Below, one piece after another: positions 30,067 through 38,592 of a stretch of 64,000 nt of DNA (position 1 is the stretch's first letter; each line of letters starts with the position of its first letter). A program made the position numbers and the translations under genes. This stretch comes from Candidatus Thorarchaeota archaeon (GTDB lineage: Archaea; Asgardarchaeota; Thorarchaeia; Thorarchaeales; Thorarchaeaceae), in assembly GCA_048884785.1 (NCBI GenBank), contig JBHLQM010000001.1, positions 93,743-157,742 on the forward strand, in the 5' to 3' direction. A model generated the notes under the pieces. The model did not search any database, was not told where the DNA came from, and saw only the letters and a program-made list of their open reading frames with translations.

Positions 30067-30439
30067 AAATGTTACTACAAGATGAGTTAATATGATGAAA
30101 AAACTAGGCCAGAAAATCATGTCTGAAGCTGAGTTCATAGGACAGCTAGTAGGTTATTTCAAAGCTTTAACCAATTCTCACTTGATTAAATCTTATGGCG
30201 TTTGGAAAGCCGGCAATTACGCAAATCAATTCGATTGATAGGTACCTATTCTCAAGTCGTTCGATATATGTGGAGGAGCCCATTTGTGTGACTTTGATTC
30301 TTTTGCTTTTTCATTAAAGATGCTCTTGAAGGTTGTTTTGAGCCTAGATGGAGCACTTGCTGCCAAAGGATTTAGTTAACCTGAAATAGAAGCGAATATC
30401 ACTTCTACCTCCACTACTAGATTCTGAGAGGCTTGAAAA

Positions 30440-30997
30440 ATGGCAACCCTTGAATTAATCATTGGTTTAGGTATCGCCTTTCTTTTGTTCCGAATCTGGA
30501 TTGACGAGATTAAGCTTGTGGATGAGCTTGAATTTAGACGCAGATACTTCAGCCGCTTTTTTTCTTACTATACCGCACTAGCACTTTCTTTTGGGCTCTT
30601 ATTCTGTCCATTCAATGTTATGGTAATGATCGCATTCCCGATATTATTGGTTACTTCAATCTGGGACATTAATTTCTATCGTAGGTTCAACTCTCAGACA
30701 TACTGGAAAAAGAATCGGTGCTGGCTTCTTCTCGAAAGAGTCACAATGCATCCTCCCGTTGTATTGGTAGCAATTTACATGATTGTAAATGATGCAAGAA
30801 ATTTCATAGAGCCACCAAATCTGATCATAATGGCAGTGAGTAGCGCTATTCTATTTCTGCCATTCTTTCTTGTGGATGCTAGATGGACGAAACGGTACAA
30901 GTGGCCAGAAGCTTTGATTGTGATCGGATTGATGCTATCATCAGGACTGTCTCTCATTCTTGCAGAGTATTTTCTCTGGGGGGTACCAATATGGTAG
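30440..30997 (+). CDS. Hypothetical integral membrane protein
   Basis: About six hydrophobic segments; GAGG SD. Confidence 0.75.
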   Translation: MATLELIIGLGIAFLLFRIWIDEIKLVDELEFRRRYFSRFFSYYTALALSFGLLFCPFNVMVMIAFPILLVTSIWDINFYRRFNSQTYWKKNRCWLLLERVTMHPPVVLVAIYMIVNDARNFIEPPNLIIMAVSSAILFLPFFLVDARWTKRYKWPEALIVIGLMLSSGLSLILAEYFLWGVPIW

Positions 30998-32277
30998 GTG
31001 ATAGAGAATCATCCTTCCAATTCTTCTGGAGATATTTCAGAGAATCGCGGCTTCTAAAACTGGCTCTAGCTTTCAATTTGCTTTACTACATTGCAGTAAT
31101 TGTACTCTTTGGCTTCTATCTCATTCAAGGCAGACTTAATGAAACAATATACACAATGGATATTCAAGTCTTCTACGAAGCAGGTCTAATGTTCCTAGCC
31201 TCACCTGGTGATATCTATACTGTTGCTCCTAATGGACTGCCCTATAGATACCTGCCATCCTTTGCTGCAGGTATGGCTCTCCTTTCAAATGTGCCCTTCT
31301 ACATTCTGTATGTGATCAATATCTCCTTCATGATGATGGTAAACTTTGGGATTGTGTTTCTTGTATATCTCGTAAGTTTTCAGGGTGGAGTGAATTCATC
31401 TACAAAGAATTTCGAGAAGACACTCGCAATTCTATTCATTGCACCACAACATATCATCAATATCATTCTTGGACAAATAACGCAACTTGCAATTCTACTA
31501 GTTCTTCTAGCACTATACTTACTGCATCCGAAAGGAAGAGGCTCCTTGTTTCAATTCTTCTGCATTGGTATACTGATTGGCATTGCATCAATTTTGAAGC
31601 CATTCTTTCTGGTTCTGATTCCGTTTCTAATTCCAATAACATTGACTGACAGATTCCGAATCAAAATCTCTTTGAATCATCTCATTGGAGTTTCAATAGG
31701 ATTTCTTCTCACCATGATACCAAACATCTTTTACTTCATAACTTATCCATCTGCAATCGATGGATTTATTCAAGCTAATTTCGCAGATGGATTGTCTTTC
31801 CATCATAGTACAAGTATAACTCGCCTTATTATCGGGCTTCTTCCAGCCTTTAATTCTGACATTCTTCAATTGTCTCTAATTCTAGTATTGGGTGGATTTT
31901 TGTTTCTTAGGAGTTACATCCGATTTGTTCGAACGCCTGAAAGCGAGAAAAACTATCTGCACCATTTTACCGACATGATATTTCTCATTCTCCTAGTCTA
32001 TCCGGATTCATGGTTCCTCTTTCTTGCGGTGTGGTATGCATTCATGGGACCATCAATGCTTCAGCTGTATAACATTTCAGATAGAAGGGAATTACGAAAT
32101 CTGGATCTTTTATGGTCAGGATCAAATAACATACTTGCATTCTTCTCATTTGGAATAGTAATTCACTACTTAGTTCTTGGAATCGACCCAATTAATCCCA
32201 TTTGGATTCTAATCCTCTATTTACTCTATCATCGGCTCTTCTCAAGGGCTTCTAATTCAAATTCATCATTTGCCTGA
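30991..32277 (+). CDS. GT87/DUF2029-like GT-C membrane glycosyltransferase
   Basis: D..VFY.AG, DIY..PYRYLP, GQ and LKPF motifs; polytopic; ATG overlaps the end of the upstream gene. Confidence 0.7.
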   Translation: MVGDRESSFQFFWRYFRESRLLKLALAFNLLYYIAVIVLFGFYLIQGRLNETIYTMDIQVFYEAGLMFLASPGDIYTVAPNGLPYRYLPSFAAGMALLSNVPFYILYVINISFMMMVNFGIVFLVYLVSFQGGVNSSTKNFEKTLAILFIAPQHIINIILGQITQLAILLVLLALYLLHPKGRGSLFQFFCIGILIGIASILKPFFLVLIPFLIPITLTDRFRIKISLNHLIGVSIGFLLTMIPNIFYFITYPSAIDGFIQANFADGLSFHHSTSITRLIIGLLPAFNSDILQLSLILVLGGFLFLRSYIRFVRTPESEKNYLHHFTDMIFLILLVYPDSWFLFLAVWYAFMGPSMLQLYNISDRRELRNLDLLWSGSNNILAFFSFGIVIHYLVLGIDPINPIWILILYLLYHRLFSRASNSNSSFA

Positions 32278-32307
32278 ATTTAGATGAATGTGAAGTCCTC
32301 TTGCATT

Positions 32308-34701
32308 TTACTGGGTCTTGAGAAGTTCAAGTATCCGTTTTGCAGCAGCTCTACCGTCTGCAGCAGCATGAGCAACCTCGTATTGTTCAAGATGTGTATG
32401 TTGTGCTCCTCCGACTAGTACATTGGGCATTCCTTCTATTTTTCCATCTTGAATTCTCAAATTAGTATCTACCGTCATGAATACAGATGCATAGTTGCCA
32501 TGTATTTCTTTTAGTTTTTCATCGGTATAGGTCCAGTTACTGTGGAACTTGATTTGAGGAAGTAATAGCCCAGAAAGTTCCTGTTCTAGAATCTCCTTGG
32601 GTAATCGGCCATTCTCAACAAGCTCTCGAAGATATCCGCCCGGATTCTCAGCTCTATCAAATAAATCAACGGAATATCCTGCACGTGCAAGATAATGAGC
32701 ACAAGAGATGCCAGCTGGTCCAGCTCCGATCACACACACTTTCTTTCCATTTGAGTGGTTTATGGGACCTGCAAAACCATCCAAACCGGCGAAGTCTGCT
32801 ACCCATCGATGAAGCTCACGAATTTTCACTGGTTTCGTGTCGAATTTCAATCGATTACAAACGCTTTCACATAATCTCCCAGAAGGGCAAACGTATCCAC
32901 AAATTCCTGCAAACGGATTCTTCTCCCTTACGAGCCTAGCTGCACCAGTATAGTTTCTCGCTTCAATTCGTCGAATGAAACCAGCAATATCAATTCCAGC
33001 AGGGCAAGTCTTTCTACAGATGTGATCTTCACAATGCTGACACTCTCTAGCAATTAGAGAAGCATTGTCCTTATCATCATTAATCTCTGCTGGAATCTCT
33101 TTCTTTGGATTTGATTCAATATATGTCACATAATCTCTATCAAAACTCCTCCTATGGAATTCCTTCAACTTGATTTCTCTTAGAATGATATTTGCCGCTC
33201 CAAAACCTGATGCTACAACAGCAGGCATACCCATCCCCATAGTGGTCGAATCTCCACAAGCATAAACTCCGGGCCAATCTGTCTTTGCTGAAAGCCTCTT
33301 TGTCAATTCCTGTCCAACCATCTGCTTCGGCCCTCCAACACATCCTCTATCTTTCAATGTATAGCGTTCAATAGTTGTTGGAGTTGCAATGTGTAGTTGC
33401 CTTATCCCATTTCGAAAATTCGGAATCCTCTTCTCGACTTCGTCTATAATAAGCTCAGCCTGTTTCTTCTTATGTTTCTCATACTCGGCTGACCTATACT
33501 CTGTATCCCATGGACGTGGCCAGTTTTGATTCGGTGCAGGAGAAAACATCGTAATGATATGTTCATCAGGTGGACCAAGACTATGATCATCAACACTGGG
33601 GATGTATAGAGTGATATCTCCCATATCGATTTGTGTTGTGTCTCTCACGTAGTATTCGACTGCATTGATATCATCAGGAAAGACTTTCTTGTCTACAGCA
33701 GCATAAAGGACCATAGCTGGATATGTTGATACTTGAGCATTTGCCCAACGCCTCTGCTCATCAGATACTTCATTCTTGGGCAGAAGCTGACTGTATAGTT
33801 TCCATACGGTTGTGTCTGAAACTACTCTCTTTGCACGGATTATGGTCCCGTCATCAAGTTTTACACCACATGCTTGATGATTCTCGAATACAATCTCCTT
33901 GACCAGACTCTCATAAATGATAGTACTGCCATATCGCTCAATCGCTCGCTCAAGCGCATTACTATATGTTTGTGCGGAACCTGCGACATAATATGTTCCA
34001 CCAACATGATTGTCAGTGAACATTGTAAGAGCCATAAGAGCAGGAGTTTCCTTCATACTGGTATAGGCATAGCTTGCGCACAACTTGTCGAAGAACTCGA
34101 TTAAATTCTGACTCTTTAGATATGGACTCATCAAATCATAAGCTGACATTGAGAGAACCTTCATTAGCTTGAAAACTCGTAGAGGGGAGGAGAAGAACAT
34201 CCTTAACTTGGTTCCATTGGACATCTCGCTTGGCGGAGTCAGTAGGTCCCTGCCCTCGATATGCTTCCTATAGAACTTGTTCAAGAAGTCATATAGCTCT
34301 CGAATCTCTTCCTTTTCTGACTCGAAGAGTCTCTCAAGCTCTTGCTGGAACAACTCTAGATCTTTCCAGAATATCATCTGCTCTCCTGCAAAATCGAGCC
34401 GCCAGAACTTATCCCTAGGAATGACTGTGATTGGTTCCTCAAGGTAATTCATCAGATTATTATGAATATTATAACCAGTTTTGCCAAATCCAAATATGAG
34501 AGCTGCACCTGCATCGAAAATCCTGTCATCACGGAGAAAGCTGGTGCATGCACCCCCAGGAAGGTAGTGTTGCTCAATGATAAGTACGTCAAGTCCTCGT
34601 TTTGCCAGTAGACTAGCGGCAGTCAAACCACCAATTCCTGCACCGATTACAATTACATCATAATCAGATTTTAGAATCCGCTCGGGAGTGATAATCGTCA
34701 T
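32308..34701 (-). CDS. Phytoene desaturase/CrtISO-like FAD oxidoreductase fused to a GltD-like Fe-S/FAD module
   Basis: GAGIGG..EQH..PGG, TPTT.ERY, GD..MG.G; then CQHC..C..CP, CGYVCP..CE..C, GAGPAG. Confidence 0.8.
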   Translation of the reverse strand: MTIITPERILKSDYDVIVIGAGIGGLTAASLLAKRGLDVLIIEQHYLPGGACTSFLRDDRIFDAGAALIFGFGKTGYNIHNNLMNYLEEPITVIPRDKFWRLDFAGEQMIFWKDLELFQQELERLFESEKEEIRELYDFLNKFYRKHIEGRDLLTPPSEMSNGTKLRMFFSSPLRVFKLMKVLSMSAYDLMSPYLKSQNLIEFFDKLCASYAYTSMKETPALMALTMFTDNHVGGTYYVAGSAQTYSNALERAIERYGSTIIYESLVKEIVFENHQACGVKLDDGTIIRAKRVVSDTTVWKLYSQLLPKNEVSDEQRRWANAQVSTYPAMVLYAAVDKKVFPDDINAVEYYVRDTTQIDMGDITLYIPSVDDHSLGPPDEHIITMFSPAPNQNWPRPWDTEYRSAEYEKHKKKQAELIIDEVEKRIPNFRNGIRQLHIATPTTIERYTLKDRGCVGGPKQMVGQELTKRLSAKTDWPGVYACGDSTTMGMGMPAVVASGFGAANIILREIKLKEFHRRSFDRDYVTYIESNPKKEIPAEINDDKDNASLIARECQHCEDHICRKTCPAGIDIAGFIRRIEARNYTGAARLVREKNPFAGICGYVCPSGRLCESVCNRLKFDTKPVKIRELHRWVADFAGLDGFAGPINHSNGKKVCVIGAGPAGISCAHYLARAGYSVDLFDRAENPGGYLRELVENGRLPKEILEQELSGLLLPQIKFHSNWTYTDEKLKEIHGNYASVFMTVDTNLRIQDGKIEGMPNVLVGGAQHTHLEQYEVAHAAADGRAAAKRILELLKTQ

Positions 34702-34857
34702 AGAAACAGTTCTGTATCAAGTAGTTTGTAAAAAGGGATTCGGTAAAGCCTTCAAACTACACTATTGAAATGTAATTTGCATATTCCTGGGGCTGTGAGT
34801 GTGATGAATTATGTCATTCTGCTGCCTCGAAGAAAATGAGTATTGCCGTGACAATAC

Positions 34858-35841
34858 TCATGAGAAGATCGATTTGTCGCCTTTGTAAATCTTGTATGCA
34901 TTCACTATCCATGGGACTATCAAATCACGAGTGAATATCTCAGCCGCAAGTAGGGGCTTTTTGCCACGAATTCGACGTGTAGTATTGAGAAACTTCAGCC
35001 CGTATTTCAGTTTTGGATCAACAAGTTCGATATCCACATACTTCGCCCCAGCATCAGAAAGCAATCGATTTACCACGTATTCAATATCATCTAGTTTGTC
35101 CTTTTCCATAGCCGATTCAAGGACATTCCACCAGTCTGTAGAGACAGATATTGCTTCCTCTGGAAGTGTTTTAGCCTCATTGCCGAGAATAGCGCCAAAA
35201 TGAGCAAGGCACAACGTATCATATTCCATCTGCCCTATTTTCCTTGCAGCTTTGTGAAACTCCCCCCAATCGAAAAAGGGTGGCATTATGGTTGGTATGT
35301 AGGTATCTTCTACAATTTTTATACCAAGGGCATCTCCTACAAACAGGTTTTTGTTTTGTTCATCAAAAATAATGAGTTGATCCTTGGAATGTCCAAGCAC
35401 ATGAGTCATCCGTAATGTAATTCCGTCAAGGTCAAGGATTTCTCCATCGCGAAGAGGTGTTACGTTAGTAGTGTTTTCAAAGGTTTCTTTTGGATAATAT
35501 ACCGTGTTGAAGGATTGGTCTTTCAAAAGGGGAATAGCGTGCTCTGAAGCCATTACTTCCATCTCGTGATTTGCTTCTCTCGCGGCTTTTCGCAAAACCG
35601 CTACTCCTTGAGAATGATCATAATGAGAATGGGTTATGATAACATAATCAGGAAGGCTCAGATTGTTTGCCCTAAGGAACTTCAGGATGTTCTTAGATTC
35701 TTTCTTCGTTCCAGTATCTATTAGACAGCTCTTTCCAGCTTCTATTAGATACACTCCACCAAATCCTGCTACTCCATTCATTCCATAGTCAATTAAAGTG
35801 GTATTCTTGTTGATTTTCCCAGGTCTCCTAATCGCTGTCAT
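34858..35841 (-). CDS. Metallo-beta-lactamase fold hydrolase
   Basis: DTG, THSHYDH, GH, GDA, AHFG. Confidence 0.88.
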   Translation of the reverse strand: MTAIRRPGKINKNTTLIDYGMNGVAGFGGVYLIEAGKSCLIDTGTKKESKNILKFLRANNLSLPDYVIITHSHYDHSQGVAVLRKAAREANHEMEVMASEHAIPLLKDQSFNTVYYPKETFENTTNVTPLRDGEILDLDGITLRMTHVLGHSKDQLIIFDEQNKNLFVGDALGIKIVEDTYIPTIMPPFFDWGEFHKAARKIGQMEYDTLCLAHFGAILGNEAKTLPEEAISVSTDWWNVLESAMEKDKLDDIEYVVNRLLSDAGAKYVDIELVDPKLKYGLKFLNTTRRIRGKKPLLAAEIFTRDLIVPWIVNAYKIYKGDKSIFS

Positions 35842-36019
35842 CTTTGATCCACCTATGAATTATGTTTACTTGCAAAACTACCTCATAAGTTCTACGGATT
35901 CTTTCTTTGGATCCCCCTGAAATTCATACCAAGACAGACGATGTGGCTCACCGGAATATAATGTACGATAGCGCCAAGACGGGAATCAATTACCTAAGTT
36001 TAATTGGAATCAGGATTCA

Positions 36020-36544
36020 GTGAAACTGATGAATGAATACTCAGTTCTCATGAAACTGCTCACTCGTAGTGGCGACCCAATAGGTGCTGGAGTAGATGAC
36101 ATGCTGGATGCCTTGGGATTGCCTGAGAATACAGGACGTCATATTCTCTTCCAGAGACTTGGAGAACTTCATAGTCGCATATCTCCTATTGGACTCATCA
36201 TAAGGCATAATCCTGTCAGTCACGTATTTTACATTGATACAGACATAAGGACGGATATATTACAGGAACATTCCCCTCTCCCAGACAGACTGTCAGCAAC
36301 TCTTCTGATTGTGGTTACCCTTGCCTATCAAGAGGGTGGGTGGGTCTCTGTTGATCGGATTCGAGAGTTCAGGAGAAAGGCTAGGCAGGGCGTAATGACT
36401 GACCTTCGGGAGTTGGCTGATATGCGCTACATTGAGCTTGACACCAAAGCAGGGAAGGCGCGCCCAGGAACGAGAGTCGCTTTTGAAATCGACTACGAAG
36501 CCTTCTTCCAGAATCTCACGAAAGCAAAGCCAAATGAAAATTGA
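36020..36544 (+). CDS. Tandem winged-helix kite-family protein (ScpB/Nse1/JetB-like)
   Basis: Two wHTH-sized halves; L..L..RISPIGL.I, ATLLIVVTLAY, L.EL..MRYI, PGTR..E. Confidence 0.55.
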   Translation: MKLMNEYSVLMKLLTRSGDPIGAGVDDMLDALGLPENTGRHILFQRLGELHSRISPIGLIIRHNPVSHVFYIDTDIRTDILQEHSPLPDRLSATLLIVVTLAYQEGGWVSVDRIREFRRKARQGVMTDLRELADMRYIELDTKAGKARPGTRVAFEIDYEAFFQNLTKAKPNEN

Positions 36545-36586
36545 AGTCGCTTCGTTAGTTTTATCAAGGTTCTTTCTTGGGTTCAC

Positions 36587-36958
36587 ATGGTTGAAAACAT
36601 GTCACACCGACGCTCACTCAGATACGCAAAGACATCCTGTCCAGTCTGTGGGAGCAATGAGGTTGCCCGTGACGACAACAAGGGAGACATGCTATGTACC
36701 AACTGCGGACATATCATAATCCGAGAAGATACCCGGGCTGTTGGTAAGTTCGAGATTGCCCAAGCTCTCAGAAGCGAGGGCAAGATGAAGTTTGAACAGC
36801 TCAAGAGTGCCACTGGTGCATCTGATGCACAACTCTACAATGTAGTAGAGAGCATGGTAAGCATGGGACTTCTGCAAGACATCATGGGGACATATTCCCT
36901 CACCAAGCGTGGTCAACGCTGGTATAGACAAAGACTCGGACAGGAATGGGGCTATTAA
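36587..36958 (+). CDS. TFIIB-type zinc ribbon plus winged-helix protein
   Basis: CPVCGS..GDMLCTNCG followed by a wHTH ending YSLTKRG. Confidence 0.75.
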   Translation: MVENMSHRRSLRYAKTSCPVCGSNEVARDDNKGDMLCTNCGHIIIREDTRAVGKFEIAQALRSEGKMKFEQLKSATGASDAQLYNVVESMVSMGLLQDIMGTYSLTKRGQRWYRQRLGQEWGY

Positions 36959-37002
36959 GCCCGTGAGGCACTGCCTCGCCGCTTTAGTGGACACTATTTT
37001 TA

Positions 37003-37338
37003 CTACTGTTCTCGCATAGACTTCAGTGTTATGTACAAGTCCATTATGATGACAACCAAGATTGCCAGCGATGCACCTGCAAGAAGTCGTGTCGGGAGAA
37101 TCTCTACATCTTGAAAAGAAAAGCCCAAGAGCCAAGCAGATACAACAACTTCGCTTGAAACAACTGATAGGCCTATTAGAAGTAGCGAGTTGAATTTAGC
37201 ATCAGTCACACAAACACGCATCAGAATATACACAGACGGAAGCCCAGCGATCAGAAGCATGATGATGATTGGTGCAAGAGAACTAAATTCGATGCCCCCT
37301 ACTATATCTTCATAATTGTGATTGATTCCATAAAACAC
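37003..37338 (-). CDS. Possible small membrane protein
   Basis: Three hydrophobic segments, GTG start, no recognised family. Confidence 0.4.
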   Translation of the reverse strand: MFYGINHNYEDIVGGIEFSSLAPIIIMLLIAGLPSVYILMRVCVTDAKFNSLLLIGLSVVSSEVVVSAWLLGFSFQDVEILPTRLLAGASLAILVVIIMDLYITLKSMREQ

Positions 37339-37497
37339 TAACTTTCGCTGTAATGATGCTCAGTGAATCATATGTCTGATGCCGAACTGTTTTTCGTTTC
37401 TTTTCTAATCGTGTTCGTTTGATTGATTAGAAACTTAACGATTGATTCTTTTATGCATCAAAGCTATCCTTTATTTAGTATCCGATTAGGTTCAATA

Positions 37498-37601
37498 GTG
37501 GGGTCCGTTTCGGAAAAAAATACCTCCCTGTACAGGGAGGAACTAAATCCCCTCCTAACCACGCGAATACCTACAACTCTTTCTTCTGAGATGGGCCCCA
37601 C
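37498..37601 (+). other. Structured intergenic element (candidate ncRNA or MITE)
   Basis: 18-bp terminal stem (14 WC + 4 G-U on the + strand) enclosing a perfect 18-bp palindrome at 37523-37540. Confidence 0.45.
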
Positions 37602-37712
37602 CTCTGCTTTTGAATGATTGCGCTTTAAACCTGATGTAACGCAGTGGCTACTCCGTTTCATGACAGCACAAGTTTATATCCCCCCAATTTTCCGGGCGCA
37701 TAGGGGAGATTC

Positions 37713-38480
37713 GTGACACAATCCATACTTGATGAAAGAAGATTCAGATTATTGTGTAGTCTAGCAATCATATCACTAATTGTCATATCGGCACTGCAAA
37801 TTGCCACGCCGCTGTATATGTACAGCCAGAATGTGGATCACAGAGAGGAAAAAATCTTCTCCGAGACCACAGCAATAGTAATTGCAAATGATACTCTGAC
37901 ATCCAACTTTAAGGATGAATTCCATGAATATACAGATGGTCTATACAACGTTTCGTTGCCACTCTTTCTCTTTAATCAGATTGTCGAACTGAACGAAAGC
38001 GTGTCAAAAATTATGCTTACCGTTCTATATCATCAAGAAATTCCAGGCATCAATATGCAAAACATTCTCATAACACATGGCTACCAATTGTCACTCGCCA
38101 ATCAATACACCTCTTTTGACTATTCGACACAACGAGCAACCTTCTATAGCGAAGGGGGAATATCTTCGTCAATGACGGCATCAGATACGTATACTTTTGA
38201 TACGGAGGCAACTGGATTGTTCAATTACTCAGAGATAGCAATTGACTGCGAGTTCATTGTAGGTGCCAGCTCCATGGAGGATTCGACTCATGTAAGTGAG
38301 GTTCAGAATTGCACAGCCTTGTTCGCTCTAGGTTTAGAGATGAGATTGGAGTACGAGAAGCTTCCGAGCAGTACCCTTGTGGTTCTATACATAGTCCCAT
38401 CTGTGAGCGTATCGATAGTTGGCATCGTTGCCATCTTGCTACTTGGAAAGACACTTCTTAAGAAAGGGGAATTATCTTAG
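37713..38480 (+). CDS. Hypothetical membrane protein (N- and C-terminal TM, extracellular domain)
   Basis: Two terminal hydrophobic helices and several N-x-S/T sequons. Confidence 0.65.
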   Translation: MTQSILDERRFRLLCSLAIISLIVISALQIATPLYMYSQNVDHREEKIFSETTAIVIANDTLTSNFKDEFHEYTDGLYNVSLPLFLFNQIVELNESVSKIMLTVLYHQEIPGINMQNILITHGYQLSLANQYTSFDYSTQRATFYSEGGISSSMTASDTYTFDTEATGLFNYSEIAIDCEFIVGASSMEDSTHVSEVQNCTALFALGLEMRLEYEKLPSSTLVVLYIVPSVSVSIVGIVAILLLGKTLLKKGELS

Positions 38481-38592
38481 ATGTTGCTTTTGAGATGGGC
38501 TTCAATTCTTCGTTTTCAGACATCTATTACTGAGTTCGTGGATTGACTCTTCTAGTAATCATTTTAATAGACGGACTGGTGATGTTCTAATT

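Noticed and set aside
37339-37373. In-frame ATG ATT CAC TGA upstream of the 111-aa ORF, suggesting UGA recoding
   Set aside because: No selenoprotein context and no homology; the ORF itself is uncertain.
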